Shown here piece by piece: positions 10,146-19,447 of a stretch of DNA of 64,000 nt; position 1 is the first letter of the stretch; each line of letters begins with the position of its first letter. The translations under genes and the position numbers were made by a program. Source of the DNA: Patescibacteria group bacterium. GTDB taxonomy: Bacteria; Patescibacteriota; Minisyncoccia; Phycocordibacterales; UBA918. The stretch covers positions 7,378 through 71,377 of the forward strand of contig JAZKFU010000005.1 in the NCBI GenBank assembly GCA_040386275.1. Reading direction: 5' to 3'. The notes beneath the pieces were generated by a model. The model saw only the letters and a program-made list of their open reading frames with translations. It ran no database searches and was not told the DNA's origin.

Positions 10146-10301
10146 ATGAGTAAACGAACCTACCAACCAAGTAAGCAGAAACGAGCCACTACCCACGGCT
10201 TCTTAGTGCGTATGGCAACTACTGCCGGAGCCAAGATTATCCGCGCTCGAAGACGAGTGGGACGTGCACGACTAACCGTTAAGCCCTCAAAAGCTCGATA
10301 A
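10146..10301 (+). CDS. rpmH: 50S ribosomal protein L34 (51 aa; missed by the >=60 aa ORF track)
   Basis: Translation [45 protein letters not shown]..., classic L34; rpmH-rnpA-yidC synteny. Confidence 0.9.
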   Translation: MSKRTYQPSKQKRATTHGFLVRMATTAGAKIIRARRRVGRARLTVKPSKAR

Positions 10302-10466
10302 ACAATTCTAAAAAGGCCCCATCTACGTTGTTGCCTGCACAGTTTATTAAGTTCATCGTACAAGAAGTACGTTTCACCTAAAAACTGCTGGTCGCCTAGT
10401 ATCTGGGGCCTTTTTAGAACCGTTTAATTACGCAAGGCAATATACTTTCTAGAGTATAATTTATAT

Positions 10467-10793
10467 ATGTTCAAAAAATCCGAACGTATCACCCGTACCG
10501 CTTTTACACAATACTTTAAAATTGGCCGTCGGTTCCATACTGATTTCTTTACGCTTATTTACTCCCCCGCCCCGGTGCGGGGAGTGGCGGTGGTGGTTGG
10601 AAAAAAAGTATTTAAAGAGGCAGTTGATCGGAATACGTTACGTAGACGGGTCTATGCGGCGGCACGCACTTCACTTCAAACGAGTACTGGTATCTATCTG
10701 ATTATCGCCAAGCCGACTGCTAAAAATCTGAATCAAAAAGACGTAGCTCCGGCAATAGCAGAGCTTCTCGCCACCGCGTTAAAAGCAAGGTAG
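10467..10793 (+). CDS. rnpA: Ribonuclease P protein component
   Basis: 108 aa basic protein downstream of rpmH, RnpA-like. Confidence 0.85.
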   Translation: MFKKSERITRTAFTQYFKIGRRFHTDFFTLIYSPAPVRGVAVVVGKKVFKEAVDRNTLRRRVYAAARTSLQTSTGIYLIIAKPTAKNLNQKDVAPAIAELLATALKAR

Positions 10794-10805
10794 AATAGCG
10801 ACATT

Positions 10806-11540
10806 ATGTTTAGTTATATTTGGCACACGATTTTTTTTGACCCGGTCTATAACGGACTGGTGTTTTTTATTGATGTAATGCCCCGAGGAGACGTGGGGTT
10901 AGCGATTATTGCCATCGTTATTTTGGTAAAGTTTTGTCTCCTTCCTTTGTCTATAAAGGCGGTCAAGACACAAAAAATTATGAAGGAACTTGAGCCAAAG
11001 CTCAAGGAACTCAAAGAAAAATTTAAAGACAAGCGGGAGGAACAAGCGAAGGCCATGATGGAATTATACAAAGAAGCGGGCATGAATCCGTTTGCTAGTA
11101 TTTTACTTTTGTTTATTCAAATCCCGTTTATCATTGCCATTTACTTCGCGGTGTCTAAGGGTGGAGGCGTTCCTCTACCGGGCATTAATACAGATATCCT
11201 CTATTCTTTTATTCCCAATCCGGTCATGGTTTCGATGGAATTTTTTGGCAGTATTGATATTACGCAAAAGAGTATGGCGCTCGCATTGCTCGCGGGTATT
11301 ACTCAATTTTTTAGTACCAAACTCTCAATGGCTTCGATGCCGTTAAAAGAGAAAGATAAAGATGCGGCCCCAAGTCTAAAAGATGATTTTGCTCGCAATA
11401 TGCAGTTTCAAATGAAATACGTTATGCCTGTTTTTATTATCTTCATCGCCTACAGCTTCTCTGCTACCATCGCCCTATATTTTGTAGTCAGTAACCTAGT
11501 CCAAATCGCTCAAGAGTTCTACGTACGAAAGCACCGGTAA
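10806..11540 (+). CDS. yidC: Membrane protein insertase YidC/Oxa1 (short form)
   Basis: Multi-TM, coiled KELEPKLKELKEKFKDKREEQAKAMMELYKEAGMNP motif typical of YidC. Confidence 0.88.
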   Translation: MFSYIWHTIFFDPVYNGLVFFIDVMPRGDVGLAIIAIVILVKFCLLPLSIKAVKTQKIMKELEPKLKELKEKFKDKREEQAKAMMELYKEAGMNPFASILLLFIQIPFIIAIYFAVSKGGGVPLPGINTDILYSFIPNPVMVSMEFFGSIDITQKSMALALLAGITQFFSTKLSMASMPLKEKDKDAAPSLKDDFARNMQFQMKYVMPVFIIFIAYSFSATIALYFVVSNLVQIAQEFYVRKHR

Positions 11541-11552
11541 AAGTAACTATCA

Positions 11553-12629
11553 TTATAGAATCGGATCGACGTAACCTTCAGGTACACATCCACGAGTGGA
11601 ATCCCATTGTGTAGTCGGGTCTGCATCGCACGCTACCCGGGCAGCTTCTTCCGCAGCTTCTTCCGCAGCTTCTGCTTCGGCAGCAAGGTCTCGAGGTATT
11701 GAACAAGTAACAGTGGTATCTGTAGCAGCAGTTACATACCCAGATCTATCGTAACAATCATCTCGAGCAGATTGGCAAAAGCCCCCTTGATTTATTGCGG
11801 CACCACCTCCTCTACCTCCACCACCACTAGTAGCTCCGGTACAGGTAATAGATTCTGTAGCACCATTTCTCACTAAGCACGTCTGGCCGTTACTGGTATA
11901 CACACCATTTATCCCACTACACGCTCCTGGGCAGGTATTGTAATCAGCACCATACACTTCACAACTTAGAACCGAACATTGCTGGCTATTTCCACCGCAC
12001 GAACTTCCTACCATAAGTTCAGCCAGGCGTTCATTACTTACGGCACATCGTATGGCTCCATTAGCTGTTTCTCGGAACACAAAACCATCTGCATTATTAC
12101 AATCATCCTGGCAAGAGGCGCCAGACCCGCCGGGTAAAAATTCACTTATGCCCGGCAATCGGTTCTGGCTATCAGTACATACTTGAATAGTACAGGTGCT
12201 ATTATCTGTTCCACAAAGTCTTCGTAATTCACCCTCAGGGCCAGTTAGAGGACGATCGTTAATGGGGAGAGTTTCAAGATCAAAATTTACATTCGTTAAG
12301 TCAGTGTTAATAGTATTAAGAATTACAATAGCACCGATGACAATTAAAAGTCCAATTAAAGCCCCTTGGATATCTTTTTTGGCTTCTTCTTTGGCTGGCA
12401 CTATGTCGGTGAGCATGTATTTTGCTCCCGCGGCGATAATTTTAATTACCGCAAGCAAAGCTGCAATACTAATAGAGAGTCTATAGAGGGCGTTAATATA
12501 TTGATTTAAACCACCTCCTACTACATCTACCCCCGGTATACCCACCAACATTCTAAATTCAGCTGCAAAAAGAGCACTTGGTGTTAAAAATCCGATTATC
12601 AGTAAGGAAATAAATAGTTTAGATTTCAT
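11553..12629 (-). CDS. VirB2/TrbC-like pilin domain fused to a C-terminal Cys-rich (about 22 Cys) extracellular domain
   Basis: Signal peptide MKSKLFISLLIIGFLTPSALFA, two hydrophobic helices separated by a short loop, then a Cys/Gly-rich 240-aa domain; start overlaps upstream gene stop (ATGAAATCTAA). Confidence 0.5.
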   Translation of the reverse strand: MKSKLFISLLIIGFLTPSALFAAEFRMLVGIPGVDVVGGGLNQYINALYRLSISIAALLAVIKIIAAGAKYMLTDIVPAKEEAKKDIQGALIGLLIVIGAIVILNTINTDLTNVNFDLETLPINDRPLTGPEGELRRLCGTDNSTCTIQVCTDSQNRLPGISEFLPGGSGASCQDDCNNADGFVFRETANGAIRCAVSNERLAELMVGSSCGGNSQQCSVLSCEVYGADYNTCPGACSGINGVYTSNGQTCLVRNGATESITCTGATSGGGGRGGGAAINQGGFCQSARDDCYDRSGYVTAATDTTVTCSIPRDLAAEAEAAEEAAEEAARVACDADPTTQWDSTRGCVPEGYVDPIL

Positions 12630-13797
12630 ACATCCAAAGTGTATTATCAGTTTTATTTGTAAAGTATAACACCCCGCCGTCACTACTGGTCTGCATAGTT
12701 GTAACGTCAATTGCTCTCCCTACGACTGATTCAGGGTTAATCAATTGTGAGGCGCTACCTTTAGATGCATCTATTCTCCATAGTTGATCAGAGTAGGAAC
12801 GAATTCCTTTATACCAATCGTCGGGAAATTCAGAACCATATGTTTCCTGGGTTGATCCACAGTAGAATATATTTAATTCAGTTTTTGAAAAGGCACATTT
12901 GTTTGGGTCTATAGTTGAAGCCAGGGTGCTGCTTGTTTTTTTGTCTACGGAATACGCCTGACTTGCAGGGCCGTTTCCTGTTTGTTTTGAAAAAATTACA
13001 TAATCACTATTGGCAAAGCTGGTTAATCCCCTCCCCTCAATTGGTAAGCGGTTAACAGTACCTCCTACAAAAGAATAGAGAAAACCGGTTAATTTTGCCG
13101 AGGCTTTTGGATATACATAATGTGGTGTTGTGGTAGTCATGCTCCATATAAAAGTTGCACTTTGAAATGGTACTGAAAAAAGTGTACGTATAGTTTTTGT
13201 AGTCGGGTTGAGTTCCTTTCCGGTTAAACCAACAGAACTAAATTCAGAATAAAGAAGTTGATTATTATCATTAAAATTAAAATCAACCATTTTGGGAATC
13301 AGGGTTACTTTAGTGGCGCTATTTTCTCCGGCTAGAGTTAAAAGTTCAACCGTGTTTTGAGCGCCATAACCTGATCGAATCGCAACGTATTCCCCGTTAG
13401 GGCTAAATTTTGCTAATTGAGGATTTGTAATTGTTATGTTTGAGAGACGGATTTCCGTTCCGGTCACAAGATCAATAGAAAAAACATGCCCAGTCCCCGC
13501 TTCGGCATACAACATTAATTGTTCATTATTAGTAATGCTTATTTTTTCTCCAAATCCAATGGTAGGTTTAAGGGTCAATTGTCTGAGCTGTACTAGATCA
13601 TCGACATCAACTTGACCATTGGTTACTTCGGGTATAAATGGTGTAAGGGGTGTAATATCAGAGTTTTCCGCAAAACTAAAATCAGTAAAAAATTGTTCAA
13701 TTGGTTTTGGTGTTCCATAAATAAGGAGGTATAACCAAATAGCTACTAGTAGTAGTATAGCGGATACTCCAGCGATAATAAGTAGTGTTTTATTCAT
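12619..13797 (-). CDS. Membrane-anchored secreted protein (possible beta-propeller), T4SS-cluster member
   Basis: N-terminal TM MNKTLLIIAGVSAILLLVAIWLYLL, operon context with VirB4/VirB6-like genes. Confidence 0.55.
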   Translation of the reverse strand: MNKTLLIIAGVSAILLLVAIWLYLLIYGTPKPIEQFFTDFSFAENSDITPLTPFIPEVTNGQVDVDDLVQLRQLTLKPTIGFGEKISITNNEQLMLYAEAGTGHVFSIDLVTGTEIRLSNITITNPQLAKFSPNGEYVAIRSGYGAQNTVELLTLAGENSATKVTLIPKMVDFNFNDNNQLLYSEFSSVGLTGKELNPTTKTIRTLFSVPFQSATFIWSMTTTTPHYVYPKASAKLTGFLYSFVGGTVNRLPIEGRGLTSFANSDYVIFSKQTGNGPASQAYSVDKKTSSTLASTIDPNKCAFSKTELNIFYCGSTQETYGSEFPDDWYKGIRSYSDQLWRIDASKGSASQLINPESVVGRAIDVTTMQTSSDGGVLYFTNKTDNTLWMYEI

Positions 13798-13798
13798 A

Positions 13799-14773
13799 TT
13801 AAAGCTTCACCTGGAATGAACTTTCATCACTTTGTAAAAGTTCTGAAAGGTTTCGAATTTTAAAACCAACACGGGCACTTCCGGCCGCTCCCCGTTCCAG
13901 GTTAATTTCGAATGGGTCAAAGTTGTTTGTTGGTGTTGGCCTGTTATTTATGCTCCACTCAGTAAAAAGATTGCCATTAATTGCTCTGGTGTCGAGGTAA
14001 TATGGTGCCGCTTTAATAGATGCGCTGTTACCAGTGAGAATAAACTCACTGGAAATTGCTTTTTGACCCAAACCAAGCAGGCTATTCATTTCGTAAAATT
14101 GCACATCAAGCTTAGCGGTTGGAATAGAAACTAACTTCCGAGCGACGGTGGTGTTATTTTTATCTTGTACGGAAATGGTGACGACACTCGTTTCACCATG
14201 CGGAACAACAATTTGTGCCCAATTCCCCCCTAGTCTCCCTCCTCCGTATACTGAATCGTTATTTAAGCTCCAAACATAGATGTAATTAGCACTATTAATT
14301 GGACCGTTTATATTTTGAAGCAGCGCATTAATATTAATGATGCTCCCTTTGGTAGGTAAAGCTCTTCCTTGATAAAAAACAGGAGTATAGGTTTGAGGTT
14401 CAACAATAAGGTCGAGGTAAAGGGGCGAGAGAATTCTTTTCGCTTCAATTTTTTGTCCGTTTGGATAAGTCAGACGGGCTATAACTGACATGGATTTACC
14501 AATCGCTGGTGCGGTAAAAGTAATTTTACGGAGGTTAGTAACCGCTGGAGCACTGAGTCCATCAAAATACCAAGTAATTGTTGCTCCGCTTCCGTTGAGA
14601 GCATAATCATCAAGGGTGGCAGTGACTTGTTCGTCAGGATTAGGAAATTGAGGATTAAGAATAATACTCACGTTTTCACCTGTTATTTCTGCAATACTGC
14701 TCCCCACTTGAGCACATAAGATAGTTGTCGGCGTCGCGAGCAATAAAAAAAATATAATAGCAATCAATCGCAT
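13799..14773 (-). CDS. Secreted hypothetical protein (start moved to MRLIAIIFFLLL signal peptide)
   Basis: Signal peptide; the longer ORF would overlap the upstream gene by 82 nt. Confidence 0.5.
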   Translation of the reverse strand: MRLIAIIFFLLLATPTTILCAQVGSSIAEITGENVSIILNPQFPNPDEQVTATLDDYALNGSGATITWYFDGLSAPAVTNLRKITFTAPAIGKSMSVIARLTYPNGQKIEAKRILSPLYLDLIVEPQTYTPVFYQGRALPTKGSIININALLQNINGPINSANYIYVWSLNNDSVYGGGRLGGNWAQIVVPHGETSVVTISVQDKNNTTVARKLVSIPTAKLDVQFYEMNSLLGLGQKAISSEFILTGNSASIKAAPYYLDTRAINGNLFTEWSINNRPTPTNNFDPFEINLERGAAGSARVGFKIRNLSELLQSDESSFQVKL

Positions 14774-14820
14774 ATCCCTATTGTACCAAAGTGTTTTCCC
14801 TAAATGACGAGGAAGTTCAC

Positions 14821-15591
14821 TTATTTTGGATAAGCGGCCACTGCCCACGCCCAAATAGCCGTCATGGGCACAATGGGTAAAAAGCAACTTATAATCGCAC
14901 AAAGGAAGAGACCAGTTTTTAAAGTGGTAGCGTTACCAAATAATGGATGAAGTCGCATTATTTTGGCACCTAGTAGTGCGCCGAGTAAAAGTACTCCCCC
15001 TATAATGGCAAGTAAGGCAAAGGCCGCGCTTGCCAGTGCACTCAAATCGGAATACTCAAACCCTACTACCCAACCCACATTTTGCACCACTTTGTCAGCG
15101 GCCCAGGCCAGCCAGGATTCTTCAACTTGGGTCGACATACCTAAAAGAATTCCCCCAATAGACGCAAGTAATATCTGTATGGGCCAGAGCGTAAACGCAA
15201 TGCTGGCGACAATGCCACCAAACGATACTCCGCGAGCTCGTGCGAGGATGGTAATTTTTGGTTTATTGGCGTCGAGCGCAGTATCGTTGCTTGCCATTAT
15301 TTGTTGTTCTTCTCTGTAGTAGCGCTGATCCACACGTTCATTGCGTGGACTGATCTCAGTTTCCTTTAAAGATTCATTTCGGCCTTGGTAACGTCGGGCA
15401 GTTGTACGTTTACGCCGTCCATCTTCACTAGGTCGTGAAGTAAGGGTTCTCGGTTGATTCCCATTTTCTATTCGTGAATTTTGTATACCTGAGTCATTTT
15501 CCGAGGAGTTTCTAAAGCGCAGGTTGGGATTATTATAACCTTCTTCAAATTCCGAGGCTATATCACGTTGTTTGGGGCCAAAAGTTGCCAT
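14821..15591 (-). CDS. Integral membrane protein with long hydrophilic N-terminus, T4SS-cluster member
   Basis: C-terminal multi-TM region; tightly packed in operon upstream of the VirB4-like gene. Confidence 0.5.
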   Translation of the reverse strand: MATFGPKQRDIASEFEEGYNNPNLRFRNSSENDSGIQNSRIENGNQPRTLTSRPSEDGRRKRTTARRYQGRNESLKETEISPRNERVDQRYYREEQQIMASNDTALDANKPKITILARARGVSFGGIVASIAFTLWPIQILLASIGGILLGMSTQVEESWLAWAADKVVQNVGWVVGFEYSDLSALASAAFALLAIIGGVLLLGALLGAKIMRLHPLFGNATTLKTGLFLCAIISCFLPIVPMTAIWAWAVAAYPK

Positions 15592-15606
15592 ATACTGCTA
15601 AGTATA

Positions 15607-17403
15607 CTACAACTGACTCTCGTTTAATTCCTTGCGCGCATTTTTGATTTGGAGAATTTGAGAAGGGTCCGAGGTGATGATTTGATCTTCCGTGTATGAA
15701 GCAATCACTTTAATAGCGACGTGTTTTAACCCGACGAAGAATAAGCCCTCCCCCACATCTGATTCCAGTAACAAGAACTTTTCTTCATCTGTTAAGTTAA
15801 ACGTGCGTTGAATGTTATCAATGGCGGTAGGTGATTGTTTCATTAAAAATTGAAGCGACGAGTTTGTAATCATCGGTACCCCGTACGGTGAGCGTAAAAA
15901 GTCGTCCACGTCTTGCGTTATAGTAGCAATACCTAAAAAGTATTTTCGTCCTCGTTTAGCCAAACTAAACAAGAAAGAAGCAGTGTCTTCAGATTTCATC
16001 ATCCACCAGGCTTCATCAATCACCAGTAGTCGTTTAACCAAGCGACGACGAATAGCAGCCCAGATGTAGTTGGTCACGATAAACATGGCGATGGTTTTTA
16101 ATTCATCTTCCATGTCTCGGAGTGAAAACACCACAAATTTCTGTTGAATATCAACGTTGGTGGGGTGGTTCATAAAACCAGACCAAGTACCAGAGGTATA
16201 TTTTTGTAATCGACTAATTAACGAGGCGCTCCCATTCATTCCGGCAAGCACCATTTCAAAGTCCGAGAGTAGTGGCGGTTCAAGATCTTTAAAGTTACTT
16301 TGTTCGGTAATATCCTTTAAGGCGTAGGTTTCGCGAATCGCTAAGTCAATAATTGTCTCTTCTTCAGGCGCTAGTCCGCCTAACATTAATTTAAAAAGTC
16401 CAATTAAATGAACGATCTGTGATCGCAGTACGTCAGCTGGTTCCTCGTCATCTCCTGGAGGTGGTAGATCAAAGGGGTTAATGTGGTGTTTTGAAGAAAG
16501 TGAAATATTAAAAAATCGTCCGCCGGTGGCTTCTGCTAAGTACTCGTATTCACGCTCCGGGTCAATCACGATTACCTCTGACCCAAACATAAGGGATCGG
16601 AGAATTTCTAACTTAATACTGTATGACTTCCCGGCTCCCGAGGTCGCAAAGGTAACAGAGTTGTAGTTCGTTAATCCAAAACGATCAAATAATACCAATG
16701 ATGAGTTGTGGCGATTGATACCATATAAAATTCCCGTGTCTGAAGTGAGGTCAAACGAAGTAAACGGAAAGAAGCTAGAAAGTGGTGAGGAGTTAAATTT
16801 ACTGTGGGTCATTAACTCATCGGTTCCGGTTGGAATAATACTTTGCAGTCCGGGTTCTTGGCGGAAGAGGGCGGGTTTGATGTAAATGAGTTTAGAGTCA
16901 AGGATACCTTTAATGTCATTTTCGACTTTATTTAGTTTGGCGTCGTCTTCTCCATAAACCGCAATGTATAGCCCGACATCAAATAACTTTTCTTCGGCTT
17001 GTTGGAGCTTGTCGCGCAAATCCTCAAGGTTACGATAGGCCGCTTCAAGTTGCGGGTCACGCACTTCCCCGCGCTCGGCACGAATATTAATTTGACTCTG
17101 TACCTCCGCTACTTTTTTCTGAAATTTCTTTAAAGTTTCGGCAGTACTAATCGGGTGAATCACAATGGTCACATCGAGTTCCTTTTCCATGTTGAGTACT
17201 GGTTCAAGCCAGCCGTCATTTAAAAAGCGGGGGTAGGATACTGCATAAAATACGCGGGCGGAGGTACCGCTAATATTAATACTGCCGGGTTTGATACTAA
17301 CAGCCGAAGGAGCGATAACGTCAGCCAGCGTTAAAAGACTTTCACTAATCGCGATTTGATTTTCATCTAATTTTTTTGGTCGTAGATTATCGAGAAGTCC
17401 CAT
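15607..17403 (-). CDS. virB4: VirB4/TrbE/CagE-family type IV secretion ATPase, C-terminal 598-aa part
   Basis: Walker A FATSGAGKS, Walker B LLVIDEAWWMM, CagE/TrbE-family conservation throughout. Confidence 0.9.
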   Translation of the reverse strand: MGLLDNLRPKKLDENQIAISESLLTLADVIAPSAVSIKPGSINISGTSARVFYAVSYPRFLNDGWLEPVLNMEKELDVTIVIHPISTAETLKKFQKKVAEVQSQINIRAERGEVRDPQLEAAYRNLEDLRDKLQQAEEKLFDVGLYIAVYGEDDAKLNKVENDIKGILDSKLIYIKPALFRQEPGLQSIIPTGTDELMTHSKFNSSPLSSFFPFTSFDLTSDTGILYGINRHNSSLVLFDRFGLTNYNSVTFATSGAGKSYSIKLEILRSLMFGSEVIVIDPEREYEYLAEATGGRFFNISLSSKHHINPFDLPPPGDDEEPADVLRSQIVHLIGLFKLMLGGLAPEEETIIDLAIRETYALKDITEQSNFKDLEPPLLSDFEMVLAGMNGSASLISRLQKYTSGTWSGFMNHPTNVDIQQKFVVFSLRDMEDELKTIAMFIVTNYIWAAIRRRLVKRLLVIDEAWWMMKSEDTASFLFSLAKRGRKYFLGIATITQDVDDFLRSPYGVPMITNSSLQFLMKQSPTAIDNIQRTFNLTDEEKFLLLESDVGEGLFFVGLKHVAIKVIASYTEDQIITSDPSQILQIKNARKELNESQL

Positions 17404-17408
17404 AGTTG

Positions 17409-18041
17409 TTATTGTATCGTAGGAGCGGAGCCAGTGATATCACCGGGGTTGTATATGTGATAAAACAGCTCAACTAATTCGTCTGTTTGAAGTGCAATCG
17501 TACGAACTCCCATGCGATTAAGTCCTTGTTCCACCACCGCTTGGCGTTGCTCAAGTTGGAGTCGCTGTTCTTCTAGAGTAGCTTCGTTTTGTAACCCGGC
17601 CCGGCCTTGGTTTAAAATGCCTTTAAAACCTTGTGTAATATTAATTTTGTTTGGCGTATACGGCACAATCACAAAAAAGTTTTTACTCATCACATCAACT
17701 TCAACGGTAAAACTGCGAATAAATTCAATATATTCGCGTAACTGGACGCGCATTAAATCATTATCCTGACTCCCCTGCCGTTCGGCGAGCATGGCTAGAT
17801 ATGGTTCGATGTTTAATCGACGTGACTGCACGTAAATTTGTAGAGAAAAATCGATAGTATTAAGAAAGTTTTGAAATTGAAACAAGATGGCACGTTGTTC
17901 ATCTTGTGATTTGAGTGCAAAGTTAACTGACGAAGCTAACAGTACTTTACAAATCTGGCCAGATTTTAATATCACAATGCCGTCGCGAATGTCGCGAATT
18001 GAAACAAAGTCTTGAGTTGCTGCAGAAGTATTGGTAGCCAT
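17409..18041 (-). CDS. VirB4/PrgJ N-terminal domain (210 aa), separated from the ATPase part by TAA plus 5 nt (frame change)
   Basis: DFVSIRDIRDGIVILKSGQICKVLLASSVNFALKSQDEQ pattern matches VirB4 N-terminus; 210+598 aa is about full-length VirB4. Confidence 0.65.
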   Translation of the reverse strand: MATNTSAATQDFVSIRDIRDGIVILKSGQICKVLLASSVNFALKSQDEQRAILFQFQNFLNTIDFSLQIYVQSRRLNIEPYLAMLAERQGSQDNDLMRVQLREYIEFIRSFTVEVDVMSKNFFVIVPYTPNKINITQGFKGILNQGRAGLQNEATLEEQRLQLEQRQAVVEQGLNRMGVRTIALQTDELVELFYHIYNPGDITGSAPTIQ

Positions 18042-18047
18042 ATAGTA

Positions 18048-18467
18048 TTAATCCTTTTTTTCCATGGCTTTAAGTTCCAAACGGCGCGCCAAAGACGTAA
18101 TATCCTTTTTTTGGTTATGGGTCGGATTCATCATAATAGGATTACGAATAGTCGTGGTGGGCGTAAAAGTTTCTTTATGAACAATTTCTCGTGTTTGTTG
18201 CCATAGATAGAGCCGTTTCCGACGATAGTGGTTATACATCGCCTCCAGAAAGTGAGAAAAGGGACGATTGTTAACGGGGTAAAACGCTAAAGCGGCGGTA
18301 AAAAGTCCAATTAAAAATGCCGGAATAATAGCGAGGAAAAACGGTAATGTTAAGAGTAACACCACGACCATTCCCCCACCGCCACCCAAATACAAAAATT
18401 GCCGCCACGTAAATGGACCTACAATCTTGTCTTCTATTTCGATGAACTGCGGGACTTCAAACTGCAT
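18048..18467 (-). CDS. Small two-TM membrane protein, VirB3/PrgI-like
   Basis: 139 aa, hydrophobic core GGGGGMVVVLLLTLPFFLAIIPAFLIGLF, immediately upstream of VirB4 as in monoderm T4SS loci. Confidence 0.5.
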   Translation of the reverse strand: MQFEVPQFIEIEDKIVGPFTWRQFLYLGGGGGMVVVLLLTLPFFLAIIPAFLIGLFTAALAFYPVNNRPFSHFLEAMYNHYRRKRLYLWQQTREIVHKETFTPTTTIRNPIMMNPTHNQKKDITSLARRLELKAMEKKD

Positions 18468-18526
18468 GCGATTATTATACAGTATCGCTACTAATAGAGA
18501 GTCAGACTTTTACTCAGTGCTCGGTG

Positions 18527-19444
18527 TTAGCTCCAGCGAGATTCATCTGTATCAGGCTTTGCTGGTACTGGTTGTGTGTATGTCGGCACACCCACGGCAG
18601 TTCGTTCGAGGGTTGGCTGGGTCGATACGTAGATAGGTTCATCAATATTCGCTACTGCATTAAATGTAGTCCGGGCCGGTGATCGTTCCTGAGCCATATC
18701 CGACGCCATGGTTCGAATTTCTGGAATTGCAGACTGTTGTTCGAAATGTACTGGTGTAGAAGGTTCTAATGGGGACTGGGTACTATTAGATAGTGGTGGA
18801 TTAGAAGCTTCAAACTCCTCTTCCTCGTCATCTCCTGGTGGTTGCCAGTTAGGATCAGAAAGTGGTTTTAGAAACTCTTGTATATCAATCGCAATTTTTT
18901 CGGCTGTAGTGGTATCAAGTGCTAGTTCCTGCTGAAGAAGGGCTGCAGTATCTTCAATTTTATAAAAGCCCAGAGCAATATCTCCAATAACTATAAGAAA
19001 CTGTTTAAAGGAAACAACCTCAAAAAGATTGTTAGTAGTATAAATTTCAGCAACTTCAATTTTACACTTGGGAGCGTGAATAAAATAGGCTTTATGTGGA
19101 TCATGGTTCATTTGGTTAGTTCGTAATTCTGTAGAAATTTGCGGGGCAAGTGTTGTGTAGTCATTTTCAGTAAGAAAAAAATGAAAACAAAGCTCAGTGA
19201 CAGGCGTAATTAAACTGCTGTTTAAATTGTTTTTACTAATGTAACTTTCTAAATCATTTGATTCTGATAAATTCAAAACCGTGTTACTTATATGCAGTAC
19301 CAAATCACGAATAATTACACTAGTTAGTTTCCCCGCAAGTTTTTTTTGTAAATATTTCGAAATTATATTTGAATCAATAAAATTCTGCGTCTGAGGACTT
19401 GCTTGTCGGTAGGCTTCAATAAATTTTTCCCAATTGTAAAACAT
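18527..19444 (-). CDS. Hypothetical protein (acidic C-terminal tail), T4SS-cluster member
   Basis: 305-aa ORF in operon; no recognisable motif. Confidence 0.45.
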   Translation of the reverse strand: MFYNWEKFIEAYRQASPQTQNFIDSNIISKYLQKKLAGKLTSVIIRDLVLHISNTVLNLSESNDLESYISKNNLNSSLITPVTELCFHFFLTENDYTTLAPQISTELRTNQMNHDPHKAYFIHAPKCKIEVAEIYTTNNLFEVVSFKQFLIVIGDIALGFYKIEDTAALLQQELALDTTTAEKIAIDIQEFLKPLSDPNWQPPGDDEEEEFEASNPPLSNSTQSPLEPSTPVHFEQQSAIPEIRTMASDMAQERSPARTTFNAVANIDEPIYVSTQPTLERTAVGVPTYTQPVPAKPDTDESRWS

Positions 19445-19447
19445 ATT

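Noticed and set aside
10160-10363. 67-aa minus ORF
   Set aside because: Antisense to the clear rpmH (L34) coding sequence.
14963-15319. 118-aa plus-strand ORF and similar embedded ORFs (12196-12486, 19929-20348, 21757-22089, 44815-45267, 51476-51886 and others)
   Set aside because: Entirely nested antisense within longer, motif-supported genes; compositionally biased.
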